A stretch of DNA of 44,014 nucleotides from positions 1 through 44,014 of the forward strand of contig KZ538907.1 in NCBI GenBank assembly GCA_000934665.2, given 5' to 3'. The DNA is from Catajapyx aquilonaris (taxonomy: Eukaryota). The number at the start of each line of letters is the position of its first letter. Within the stretch, counting starts at the first letter, position 1. Both the position numbers and the translations under genes were made by a program. The notes under the pieces were generated by a model. The model saw only the letters and a program-made list of their open reading frames with translations. It did not search any database and was not told where the DNA came from. Of the stretch, positions 24,920 to 37,377 are shown in pieces.

Positions 24920-25755
24920 TTAGGCGTGATCGCCTGGCTTTCCCGGCTCATACGGTTTGCAGCCGCAGATGGAACGAAGATGCAAGCAGAGCCGATGTAA
25001 CGGCAGACCCATCACCGTGTAGTAGTCGCCGTTTATCCTCTCAATCAGAGTCGAACCCACACCCTGGATGCCATATGCTCCAGCTTTATCCCTGAAAATT
25101 GTGTCGTCAATTAGCGTTCACGTAACAAACTGCTGAGGATGCTTACATCGGTTCGCCTGTGTTGACATACTCCTGAATTACATCCGGTGGGTAGTTGGCC
25201 ATCTGAACTTCGGTGGCCGAGTGGAACGTAATATTCTGGGAAGCCAACGGCCCGATGTTTATGATAGCCACACCTGTGTACACTCGGTGGGTACGACCAC
25301 GCAACCTGGAAGAACCACATTAAAAGTCATATCCGGACATACGTAAGCCGATGCATTACTTAGTAAGCATCTCAATGGCTTCCTTCTGGTCCCTCGGCTT
25401 CTCCAGCACCTTCCCGTCGCCACTAGTGACAACCGTGTCTGCTCCAATGACTAGATCCACCTTCTTTCCCTGCTCCTCCTTCCGCAGACGGTCGGACACC
25501 TCCTTAGTCTTGCGGTAAGCCGTCTCGGACACATAGTCCCAAGGATGCGGATAGCTGCTCTTGTCTAGGTCCTCGTCGAACTCGGACGGCACCACCTCGA
25601 ACTTCAACCCCTGTAAAGTACAAGCGTCACCGCAAAGTACGTCCGCATGTAATACAGTACCGCACCACTTGTCTCAGCAGCTCAGCACGACGGGGCGAAC
25701 CGCTGGCCAGCACAATACGCTTTGAGTTCAGAGTCTCGAGGATCGGTTGCAGCAT
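24920..25755 (-). CDS. Stand-alone Maf-family nucleoside triphosphate pyrophosphatase (ASMTL N-domain/YhdE-like), 223 aa. Exons: 25755-25666, 25610-25360, 25305-25147, 25091-24920
   Basis: [58 protein letters not shown]; stop at 24922-24920. Confidence 0.93.
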
Positions 25756-26889
25756 CTTGCCGACTGAAGACTATCTCTGCAAATGAAGCATCATGTATTA
25801 ATCTGTGAATCTAAACAAGTCGCAAGTACCAACTAGTCAACAAGGCAAATGACGGCCAAGCGCTAGATCTCCTCCAGCTCCAGCGACGTTACTATTTGCA
25901 GTGCCAGATCGAATCCCGGACATATGTCTCGTCACCTAGGCAACATCCCATGTCGTCCCCAAAGAAAAAAAAACCTTTCCAGACCTTTTCTCCTGATATC
26001 CGCTCACAGCCGCTTCTAGCTGGAAATCAGAATCCTGTTTACCATCCAGTAACCATGGTGACATCCACTTATGGCTTCTCTCTCTCTCTTTTTCCAGGAA
26101 AAGGGTCCGTGTGCCCATTTATAATGCCTATAGACGGCAGAGGGATCATTAGCTGGCAGCAATCCATACAAAGGGGCTGGCTCGTGTGTATACATATATA
26201 TATCGTTAGCTGCTGGTGTGATTTACAGGGTTTCGATGCTATAGATATGTTACTGTAGGTCTTCGCAGGAAAACCAGATAGCTATTATTTCCGGCATGAC
26301 AGACGACACCGTCCAGTGCGCTAAAGGTCAAGCAAACTAGGAGAGGAGACAAACGAAGCTGCCCACGCTTGTCTCAAGGGCATGCTGTTATCACTGTTTG
26401 GCAGGAAGTTTAGCATTATTAAAATTGATATGATCAGCACAAGCACCAGCTTGTTTTATTCCCCACCCAACATATCTGCAATAGTCTCGATCCTTTTTCT
26501 ACCAAGCAGAAACCAATAACAAGAAATATCCGCTCCCATTCCTCCACATCAATCGAATTATACCTGCTATACGCTTAACAAAATGCGCCACCGGAAATGA
26601 AGTCTTGTTTTTCCTCAAGAAAGAAAATGAAATTTCCTGTCTATACGCCTAACAAAGGTCTCTGACTTGTTTACGCACCGCGCAGAACGGAAAACGAATT
26701 CCGCATCCCACTGACCATGTCCTGCAGCATGTAATTGTGAGGAACACCCGAGCGTCCTGCAATTAATAAATCAATCGCTACATGCCCCCCCCCCCNCACA
26801 TAATAATTAACATCACAACGAAGCATCACTTTAAAGCAGAGCATCTCTTCCAATTTAATTGTTATTCTCATTTTATTCTTAAAATATTA

Positions 26890-27550
26890 TATAAGGCAAA
26901 GTTTTTTTCTGCCTGTTTGTTTGTCCAGGGTCAGGTTGCCATGGCAAATGGGGGTTTCCATGGCAACCACACCTGTTGGGAACTACGTTACCACGGTGCA
27001 TAATATTATAAACCCAAGTTTGTTTGCTTGTTCGTCCAGGCTCGGTTACCATGGCAGCCAATGGCAACAGGGGGTGTCCATGGCAACGGCCTGGACGAAC
27101 AAACAAGCAAGCACACAACAGTAGGTGATTGTCGTTGACTTACATTACAACGCAAACAGGCAGTGCATATGTTTGCTTTCTTGTTTGTCCAGCGGTTCGG
27201 CTACCCCGCGGCAACCGAGCCCGGACAAACAAACAGGGTCTATAACAAACGATTGAATTTTGTCGACTACGTTGCCCCTGATGGGGAAAACGGCGCATAT
27301 AAGGCCAAGTTTGTTTGCTTGATGTTTGTCCAGCTGTTTGGCTATACCCGAGGCAACCGTGTCTGGACGAACCAAACGAGCACACAGCAACAAGCGATTG
27401 CCGTCGCCTAAATTATTACCATGGTGCATTATCCAAGGCCAAGTTTGTTCGCTTGTCTGTCCAGGTTTTCGGCTGCCGTGGCAATAACCATGGCAACCGA
27501 GCCTGGACAAACAAACGAGCACACAACCAGTTGATTGTTGTTGACTACAT
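26890..27550. repeat. Tandem array of ~5 palindromic 120-150 bp units, most containing full or half X-box-like CCATGGCAAC cores; solo related unit at ~28405-28457
   Basis: Unit pattern AAG(G)CCAAGTTTGTTTG..TGTCCAG...(GTT)NCCATGGCAAC...CCTGGACRAACAAAC..GCACACA..GATTGTCG. Confidence 0.85.
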
Positions 27551-28115
27551 GTTTTAATTTAGGTTCCCAACTGCCAGTTTGAGCAAACATTTATTATGCT
27601 GCAATTAAGTTTAAGTTGTTATTAACCTAGTGAGACCTTACGACGCAATTATTTGTGTAATTTATATGCGGCTTGTTTTTTTTTTTTTTTTTTTTTTTTC
27701 TCCACGTGTTCGAAATACGCACCTGTCTCGTCTGGAATAATTTGGCCCCGGGTGTCCGCCCCTGGTGTGTTCTTCTCCTTGCCGAAGTGGTCAGCTGCCG
27801 GCTTCTGGCGGCCCGGGATGCAATGCCTTCCACTGTAGTTCCGCCCGGTCCAATAATTCTCGCCCGGAGAGAGATCGATCGAACGTCTGGAAAAAAAAAA
27901 AAGAAAAAAATTTAATTCGACTTTGCGGCGACGCAATGGCGGGAAATGGCGATTCGACAAAAACTGACGAATTAAAACAACTAAATGTTAAAACCAGCTG
28001 TTATACTCCAAATGTAATCGAAATGGTGCACATATTTTATAAAAATTATTTTGTATTCATATTTAGAGGGTTGGGGGGCAAAGCTGGCAACGTTGCGGGG
28101 TCCGGGAGTGACAAG

Positions 28116-28260
28116 ATGGCGTCGGATCGAGAGGGAATTAATAACATCGGATTCGGATTAATGGGCTGGAAAGACGGCTGCCAGGGACGGATTGCAAGGA
28201 AATATGGGCAGATAGGGTGAGGAGAAAAGATGGAGGCTTGATGACAGTAGCTCAACATGT
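28116..28260 (+). pseudogene. Decayed G-patch (GPATCH8-like) first exon; probable 5'-UTR exon of the zinc-finger gene
   Basis: MASDREGINNIGFGLMGWKDGCQGRIARKYGQIG*GE..MELD-like. Compare the G-patch consensus NIG..LLqKMGWk.G.GLG...QGR..PI. Donor-like GG|GTGAG at 28216/28217 is out of phase with the ZnF exon. Confidence 0.45.
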
Positions 28261-28531
28261 TGGCGAGAGTGGTACTGGCCATGTGAAGTTGGCTGTACTA
28301 TACAAGCGCAGTGTTCCATTTATTTTGTTAGTTACAATTGCACTGTACAGGGCGACCCAAATGGTCTGGACACATAAATACCATGGTAGTTTAGTCAACA
28401 GCGATGTTTGTCCAGACACGGTTGCCTAACCTGGACGAACAAGCAAACAAACTTTGCCGTCTACAGACTTTTTGGGTCACCCTGTAGATATTGATTATTG
28501 ATATCAAATGTCTTTTCAGTTAATTGAGTCC

Positions 28532-29269
28532 ATGATGCCCTTAGAACGGGCCGGAACATCTAGTCAATCGGATGCGTTCATAAAGGATGAGTTCAGCGCG
28601 GTTAAGGACGAGCTGCCGGAGCAGCTGACTATTGAGGTGGATCCGGGGTTTAGCGGGAAGGAAGCGGAGATGATGGAGGGGCCGATGGACCTCACCAAGA
28701 CGGTGGTGACGCAGCAATCCAAAGAGAAGAGGAAGGGACGGCAGGTGGCGGGGGGTTCAAGCAATGCGTCGTTCCAGTGCGGATCGTGTCTCCGTGTGTT
28801 TGTGCACAAGTGTACGCTGAAGGCGCACGAGCGGACGCATGCTGGCGAGAAACCCTTTCAGTGCGAGGTGTGCGGGAAGACTTTTGCGCAGAAGACTCAT
28901 CTGACCAACCATTCGCGGATCCACACTGGTGAGAAGCCCTACCAGTGTAAGGAGTGCGGAAAGGCCTTCAAGGACCTCAGCACTCATATCAAGCACGCAC
29001 GGGTGCATACAGGCGAGAAGCCATACCAATGTGAACGGTGCGGACGAGCTTTCAACCAGGTGTCGTCTCTCATTCGGCATATCCGATCGCACACTGGAGA
29101 GACACCGTTTGTGTGCGAGGTGTGCGGGAGAGCATTTAAGGAACGATCTAAGCTGCACCGGCACTCATACGTTCACTCGGGGATAAAGCCATACAGGTGT
29201 CCCTCATGTGGAAAGGCATTCTCATCGCAATGGGCATGCAAAGTCCACACTAGGTCACATGCGGTGTGA
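28532..29269 (+). CDS. C2H2 zinc-finger protein, six tandem fingers, with a CtBP-type PMDLT motif
   Basis: Six CxxC..H..H fingers with TGEKPY-type linkers. Acceptor TCTTTTCAG ends at 28519, so the first exonic ATG is 28532; an upstream coding exon cannot be excluded. Confidence 0.9.
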   Translation: MMPLERAGTSSQSDAFIKDEFSAVKDELPEQLTIEVDPGFSGKEAEMMEGPMDLTKTVVTQQSKEKRKGRQVAGGSSNASFQCGSCLRVFVHKCTLKAHERTHAGEKPFQCEVCGKTFAQKTHLTNHSRIHTGEKPYQCKECGKAFKDLSTHIKHARVHTGEKPYQCERCGRAFNQVSSLIRHIRSHTGETPFVCEVCGRAFKERSKLHRHSYVHSGIKPYRCPSCGKAFSSQWACKVHTRSHAV

Positions 29270-30914
29270 AAAACCATAGCGAGTATGCTCATTATGACGA
29301 ATTCTAAACAAAGGCGAGAATCCACGGGAACTACTTTCTTGACTACTAAAATCAAATCAATTGGGCATACATTTTATTATATTCGTGACTCATTGCTACA
29401 GAGATTGTTATGTCATGTCTTGCACAAGGGCAGGTGGAAAAAGATGTCATTACTGTTGTAATTAGAGAGGCATTCATGACCTTGAGCAATTAGCCGCACT
29501 TTTGAATTCCCAGGAGGGTTGCACGTAACGTTTGCTGGTAGACAAGCATCTTTGGTCGTACATTCCGTGAATCCCAAGCTTCATTTATTTGCGGTATGGA
29601 AGTTTTAGAATTTCATGGCGAGGCACTAATCGTGGTGATTTCAAATAATTGTCTAAATTGTGGGAATTTTTCTCTGTTTATCAGATTCGCATTTTTTTTA
29701 TATTGTACATGAAATATCAACATGAAGCTGTTGATAAGCTGCACAATTGAATTGTGATCAGGAAGTTAACGCTGATTATTTATCTCAAATGAAAAAGTTG
29801 CATTGTGCTCATTGATCCACATACTGCTTATTATTTTTATTTTTTTACAATTTGATGAGAGATGTTCGTACGTACAGTTTCAGACACACCATAAAAAGTG
29901 CAAGGTACGTCACTGCATTTTCCACAACTGCTTTTAAAAGTGTACTTGCTTTAAATATTAACTCCCCATCGCATTTCTGGCACATTAATAATGTATATTG
30001 TGGCTTTGCGGGTCACAGTTTCCTCATTTCTTATGCAGCATTTAATGGGTCGGTTACATAATGCCGTACGAAAATGTTCCCACACCATGAGCAGGTAAAA
30101 AAAGACCAGTGCATTATTCACGGATGGTTGCCTTGTGTGCAATTCCTCGGTATGAAAACTACGGTGGGCTCTCGGAAAATATTCAACGAAAGCAATAGTC
30201 AACCTGTAAGGAGATCCCGCAAACACTAATTGCCCAATATGACAAGTTTCTTTTCAATACATAATCTGATGTCATCATTGGGTCAATTAATGGCGTTTAA
30301 TTATGTCCTGCTGGCCGTAAAATTACATGTACTATATGACCAGATATGTTTCAATGTTTTTTTTGGAAGGGAATAGAAACGTTGTAAATACTTTTAACAA
30401 AATCCGAAGAGTCATTTTATATCATTAAACCAGTGGCACTTTCAAAGTGCTTAATGCCAGTGATTATTTTAAGTGCGGGGCATACTACCCCAATAAATGC
30501 CAAAACATGTAATTTATGGTTTGACACTTAAGTGTTGCCTCTCCGGGAAATCCCGAAAGGTCTCTTTATCCATTTAAATCTATACGTGAAAAGTGCCAAA
30601 AAAAAAAATCCCCGGCACTAATGCATCATTGCATTTGTCATTATTGTAAATAACTGATATAGATTCCCATTGATTACAGATTATAATAATAAAAATTAGT
30701 GTTCAATGTCTCTCACGTTTTATAGTCCTTGCTACACCTGCTACAGCACGTCCAGTACATAAATGACACTTCAATAGTTCATTTATACCAAATTATACAC
30801 CAATTACACAAGTACATTATGTAGTATAATATTCATTAATTAATGCTACGGTACCTATATCAAATTTAATTTTTGATATACTTTACGAAATTTTTAGAGG
30901 AATTTTTTTATTTA

Positions 30915-31500
30915 CTTTTCACTTAATTTTAATGTTATTGTCGATTTAATTTAATTTTTGTTTCATATTCTAATTCTTCATTTTAATGTTATTGTCGATT
31001 TAATTTAATTTTTGTTTCATATTCTAATTCTTCATTTTAATGTAATTTAATTTTTCACTTAATTTTAATGTTATTAATTGTCGATTTAACTTAATTTTTG
31101 TTTTCATATTCTAATTCTTCATTTTAATGTAATTTAATGTAATTTAATTTTTCACTTAATTTTAATGTTATTAATTGTTGATTTAATTTAATTTTTGTTT
31201 TATATTCTAATTCTTCATTTTAATGTAATTTAATGTAATTTAATTTTTCACTTAATTTTAATGTTATTAATTGTCGATTTAATTTAATTTTCGTTTCATA
31301 TTCTAATTCTTCATTTTAATGTAATTTAATGTAATTTAATTTTAATGTAATTTAATTTTCCAAAATTTAATGTCATTTAATTTTCCAGATTTTCAATGCC
31401 GTTAAATTTTTCAAATTTTTAATTTTAATGTCATTTAAATTTTCGATTTTTTTTTTATTTTAATGTAATTTAATTTTTCAAAATTTTAACTATTTAATTT
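30915..31500. repeat. AT-rich composite tandem repeat (~55-90 bp units)
   Basis: Repeated TTTTAATGTTATT(AATT)GTCGATTTAATTTAATTTTTGTTTCATATTCTAATTCTTCATTTTAATGTAATTTAA. Confidence 0.92.
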
Positions 31501-31554
31501 TATAAGTGATATAATAATTATTATCTTGTATTTAAATTTGTTGATTCGATATCA

Positions 31555-31810
31555 CTGAGCATGCGCATTGGAGTCTCCGGTTCCTGGCATGTGTAAATTC
31601 CCTCAGGTCCCCTCCCCCTACCTCCCTCCCTCCCCCCCACATCCCTCCCTCAAAAAAAAAGGGGGGCATGAGTGGTTGGCATTCCTTCCGCCAGATGCCA
31701 CCTTGCAGTGAGCATCGCTCCCACCAGGTGGGAGCACGATCGTCGGCCAGGGTGCCGCAGTTAACCTCCCTCGCTGCACACTTGCCGAAGGGACCGGATT
31801 CCTGGTGAGG
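31555..31810 (+). promoter_or_regulatory. Putative stardust promoter and non-coding first exon
   Basis: Abrupt AT-to-GC shift, GAGCATGCGCA (NRF1-like) at ~31557, C-rich boxes, donor-like CTG|GTGAGG at 31804/31805 and acceptor ACAG at 32224. Confidence 0.4.
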
Positions 31811-32264
31811 ACTGCGGCAACCCTTCCTTCACGTAACCAAGGCCGAAGGGGGGGCTGGGTTCATCATCATCATCCCCACCAGTATTTGGAACGCAGGCAT
31901 CAGGAAGGCCGGGACACAGTCTCCGTGTCCCTCAGGAACAACTCTGGAATAATTAACAAGTGCGTTTGCTGCGGGGGGAACTGGGCGGCTTCACAAAAGA
32001 GGAGGAGGAGGGGGAAAAATGGAATGTGGGACACACAGGCCAGTGATACCCAATCTCTCTGGTGATGGGTGGGGGCGGATCTGGTTGGGATTTCATTTGC
32101 ATTTGAAGCAACTACCAGTACATACTCAAAAAAAAAGTGGAACAAGAAGGGGGTCATTGACACATGTTCATTCAAATATTTTTTCCCGTTTTTAGTATTA
32201 AGCAACACTTTTTTGTGCCGACAGCTCCACTTGAGAACACCCGACCTTGCAAACTGGCTATGCC

Positions 32265-34715
32265 ATGATCAGCATGGTGGAATGGGACAGCGGGCCTCAC
32301 CGGGAGATGGCTGTGGACGTCCCGGAGTCCTTTGTGCCCCGAAACAAAACACCGCCTCGCTACCCCCCGCAGAAGCCGCCAAACGCCACCGACTCGCTTC
32401 CCTCGAAGAAGAAGAGTGGGACTGCAAATGCAGACCCACCGCAGAACGGAAGGCTTGGGAAGCCTGTTCCTGTTCCGCTTCCTCGCGACCTCCCCCCGCA
32501 GGTGCCCCCAAGACCCCCACCGGGCGAGCTGAAGAAGTCGCCTCCTCCTCCTCCGCCTCCGCAGCGGACCACAGTGGCTGCGGAGAATGGGGTGCCCACC
32601 AGGGAGCAGTCGGAAAGGCTTAGGAGGTACCAGGACGAACTCAGGCAGCGGAGGGAGGAAGAGGAACGCAGGCATAAGGAAGAGGAGTTTCTGAGATCGT
32701 CTCTCAGAGGATCACAAAAGCTACAGGTTAGCAGAGTTTGATTTTTTTTTAAATACACTGGTTGATGCAATGGGCTAATCCGTTTTCCACAGGCACTGTC
32801 AGATTCAATGGACATGGATGGCATCACAAACGATGCGTTTAAGATGGACGATGAGCTGCCTGCAACTTACCAGAAGTTTGGGGCGGGTGAACTGGTGGCA
32901 TCGCTTCAGCGGGTTCAACAGGCGGTGAAGAAGACGACAGCTGATGCAGACAAGCTTGAAGACGTGTACGACCTTCTGCATAATACGGAGTTCCGCATGG
33001 CCATGGCTGTCCACTCCCGCATCCAGGAGCTGTGGTGCTATGGCCGACCTCCAACCCCACTCTGCTGTGATTCACATGCGACGGCACGAGAAATTGTCGC
33101 CTCATTAAAGCAGCTGCGAGCGCCTTCGCGGGAAGCCACCGAACTACAGGAGACGCTTTCCAAATTGGATCTTCAGGGCGCATTACACGCACATGATAGA
33201 GTTGCCGAACGGGATATTACACTGTCGTCACTTGCGGATGGCGATGGCGATGTTGACCCCACACGCCAGTATGCCTCTGAAGAGAACGTGAAGATAGTGA
33301 AGATAGAGAAGAGTGGGGATCCGCTCGGGGCAACCGTTCGCAACGAGGGTGACTCTGTGATTATTGGGCGGATAGTTAAAGGCGGAGCAGCGGAACGCTC
33401 AGGCCTGTTCCATGAAGGCGATGAGATCCTCGAGGTCAACGGAATGGAGATGCGAGGGAAGGGTATCAATGAAGTTTGCGATGTCCTGGGCCGGATGACT
33501 GGAACCCTCACCTTTTTCATCGTACCCTCTGGTTCCCCTCGCCCTTCATCAAATCGCAGGGAGGCTGTGGTGCACCTTCGAGCGCACTTTGACTACGACC
33601 CAGACGACGACCCATACATTCCATGCAGAGAGCTGGGACTGAGCTTCAGAAAGGGAGACGTGCTTCACGTGCTGAGTCAAGAGGATCCAAACTGGTGGCA
33701 GGCACATAGAGACGGAGAAGAGGATCAGGTTCTGGCTGGTCTCATCCCATCCAGGAATTTTCAGGTAAATTGTAATACCTTTAATTTCGATTCATGTTTC
33801 AGGTATAAAGCCGCATTTACGTGCTCAACCGCTCACATGTAAACGCGGCCTATGATTCAGATGCAAACTGACATTATCTTTTTCTTCCAATTTTAGGAGC
33901 AGCGTGAGGCCATAAAGCGCTCAATCCTCGGGGACACAACTGAGACTCAATCAAAGTCAAAGCGTGGCACCCTCCTTTGCGGCAAGCGTCACTCGGGAAA
34001 GGGGCGGAATAAGCGTAAGGGAGGCGGACCGTATTCAGCCAGCCCCGGGGACTCTCCGACAGCAGATGACCAAGAAATCCCTACGTATGAGGAAGTATCA
34101 TTGTACTACCCTCGCGCTAATCACAAGCGTCCTACTGTGCTTGTGGGGCCGCCTAACATCGGTCGACATGAGTTACGCCAGCGCTTGATGCAGGACTCGG
34201 ACCGATTTGCTGCTGCTGTACCTCACACGTCACGGCCTCGGCGTGATCCCGAACGAGATGGGCACGACTACCACTTCATCACACGGGCGCAGTTCGAGGC
34301 CGACATTGCCTCAAGAAAGTTCGTTGAACACGGCGAGTACGAAAAGGCTTATTACGGCACAAGTCTGGAGGCGATACGGAGCGTGGTCCAGTCTGGTCGT
34401 ATCTGCGTCCTCAACCTGCATCCGCAGAGCCTCAAGATTCTTCGGGGATCAGACCTGAAGCCTTTTGTAGTGTTCGTGGCGCCCCCGCCCCTGGAGCGTC
34501 TGAAGCAGTTGCGCATCTCTCGTCGGGAAGCATTCACCGAGGAGGAGTTCATCGAGATCATAGAAAAGGCAAGAGAGATGGAGGACAGGTACGGACACCT
34601 GTTTGACCTGGTGCTGCTCAACAATGACACGGAACGCACCTACCACGAGCTGCTGCAGAGGATCAACTTCTTGGAGAGGGAGCCGCAGTGGGTCCCAGGC
34701 GCTTGGCTCAAATGA
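32265..34715 (+). CDS. MPP5: Stardust/PALS1 (MPP5) MAGUK polarity scaffold, 750 aa. Exons: 32265-32726, 32793-33764, 33897-34715
   Basis: ECR1-like HREMAVDVP, ECR2-like RREEE, L27 region, PDZ (PLGATVRNEGDSVIIGRIVKGGAAERSG), SH3 (RAHFDYDP..NWWQA), GUK (RPTVLVGPPNIGRHELRQRL..EPQWVP..W). In-frame stop upstream of the ATG; splice phases consistent. Confidence 0.95.
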
Positions 34716-37377
34716 GCCGAGACTGTGAATCTCATGGTTTAGGACGTGCCCCGGCAAACTAGTGGATGCTTAGGGAGGAACCAGATCCTCGAGTTTGAGC
34801 ATTGCCAAGATTTACGTTATCAAAAATATGGATGGGAGAATATCCGGTTCCTTTGAAAGGCAATCCTTGTAAAAAAAATATAATGAGCTTATTCATGCCA
34901 TGATCATGCAGCAAGAGCGACGTTCGTCTTAAACGTTCTCGGAAGGCTTTTTTCAGGAAAGTGCAGCTAACACATGCGAATGCCTAACAGGCAATGGCTT
35001 TGTCATGTAAAATTCTGAAGCGGATTTTCCGACAACGTTTCGAACGAATCTGTACAAAAATGTTCAGGCCGCTTTTAAAGAAAACCGTAGCTTCATTCCT
35101 GCTGCATGTTATGAATGTGCATAGTGCAATATCTTTGACAGGATGCATTTTCCAATATTGTGGTGCTGTGTGTAAACAAGTGCAGGAAAAAAAAGTAGAA
35201 GCCATATATACACACCAAAAAAAAATCCAATCGTTTTTTAGGCGCATCGTCGACATTTTATTGGTTACTTTGTAAGACTCATGAACCCGGTGACTATGGT
35301 CAGATGACTGCCAAGATTTATTTTTTTTCCCCCCCATCTAAAATTTGTTAAGGCAGCTTTTCGTTCTACGTCAAGGTGTGGAAATACTCATATCCAGCAC
35401 ATTCCCAAGGGGCTAATCGTCTTTAAGGATATTTTTTTTGCATTAACGTTAACATTGCTGCGGCAGAATTACTCGTTCGGCATGCTTCGACATTCCACTG
35501 AGACTTTGGTAATTCTATTGCAGCACATGTCACGATTTACGTGACAACGCACGAGGTTTATACTATGTAAGCAGCTTTTTAAGTTTCGTAACGACTTCAT
35601 AGGGGGTAAAGGGGCGGGGGGAAAAAAAATGGGGTTTTCTTCATGATGCCAACATTTTACCAAATCGTGTGCAATCAAATGCATTCCACTATTTTCTATT
35701 CTACGTTTACATTCCTACTCTTTTTATTAAATCTCTGCCTGACAGTATCCATTGTCAAAAAAATTTTGTGTTTAGTGCACCGATGCACTTCCTTTTTTTT
35801 ATTGTAAGGCATTCCTTTTTTTGTACGTTTGTTATTAGGCACTGTGTGTAACGCACCCGTTTTTTGTTTTAAGTGTACAGTCGATCAAATCGCGTGATTT
35901 GGACTAACAAAAAAGAGTCGCAGAGTATATATGTGACGTTTAGGCTAGTTTGGCGTAAACCGAATGTTAGCAGAGTTTCTTGGTGATGCGAGAATGCTTG
36001 GGTGACCCCCTCCCCGATTCAGTAGGGAATTAGCAAAAGTTTTAAAAAAATAAAAAAGCAGATGACGCTCAATGTGAATTCGATGTGGCGTTGTGGCCAT
36101 ATACGTAAAGCGGTGAAGGGAGATGACCTCAAGTTTTTTTTTAAACTGTCCCCTCCAAAAAGGCAAACTGTTTCGTCCACACGGAAATTATGACGCCACT
36201 GCCAACCAATTTTTTTTATGTTGATGCTTTAAAAAAATATAGTGACGCAAACTAATTTGTGACAATCAGGTCGAGGACATCCAGAGAATTTAAAAGAAAT
36301 TTTAATGCATTGTTAGAGGATATTGTATATTGAATGTTATGTAATTTGTGGTTATATAAAAAAAAAAAGACGTAGCTGATCAGGCCAAAAGAGTTGTATA
36401 AATGGGGCGCAAAAAAAAAGATGTGCAAAGCAGTTTCGTAGTTCTTCCAAGTTAACTTAGTGACTGATTTTTTGCATGAGATCTGTGATTTGACTTAAGA
36501 GAGAAAAATATGAGACGATGATAACGAGGAGAGTTATGTTTATAGAGTTAAAACCAGTTGACAGCGTACCCGGAGGAAGGAAAAAATTTGGGGGAGGCTC
36601 AAAGAGTTGTATATTTTTCTGGCTCTGGTTTGTTTTTCCTGGACCTAAAGAGAGAGCACACTACCAAGTTTTTTCTCAAACCCGCTTTTTATATACGTCA
36701 TGTAAATAATGTTATGCGGATTTTTTTTAAAAAAAAGGGGGCTAAAAAATATCACAAAAGGTGCACAAGTTCTTTTTTTTTAATATTTAAAAAAAAAACC
36801 CTGCACTTTATGGTGCACTGAGAGTCAGCTTCCTGACAAAATATCAGGGATTTTTAAAAATAACATTTTGTTAAATGGTTTGGTTTTTTTTTTTAAAAAA
36901 AAAAGCCTCATTATTATTATTTTTTGGAGTGAATGTAGTGTGTTCAGCTACTGTTTTATTGGTCGGAGCGTTTCACTTGAAAAAATGTCAAGTCGCAGAA
37001 GTTGAACACACTAATTCACACCCAGCAGCAATAATTAACGAGGGATCGTATCAAGAGGCCAAACAAAATGGTTTAGTCTGTACTTCTCATTTCCAAATAA
37101 AAATAAAAAAAAAGGTCACACCAATTGAAAAAATAATAATTAGCACTGTGGTTAGAATCACTGCTCTCTTAGCTGCATGTGTATAAAGTGTGTACGTAAA
37201 TGAAAAAAAAAAAAGTGGAATATTGTATGCGGTGCCTTATTACCTAATGTATATAGAGAGGAAGGATAAAAAAATGTGGATTGAAACCTGGGACGTGCCA
37301 GCTTGTAACTTGGCTCGGTGTGTTAATAATAAAAAAAAATACTACAAGTCGGGAAAAAAATCAAGTTTTCATTACGG

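Noticed and set aside
21163..25755. PDXK-WARS2-Maf as an operon-like or horizontally acquired metabolic cluster
   Set aside because: All have spliceosomal introns and animal-type sequences, mixed orientation and no shared pathway.
26890..27550. CRISPR-like appearance of the spaced palindromic repeats
   Set aside because: Eukaryotic intron-containing context, degenerate 120-150 bp units, no unique spacers and no cas genes.
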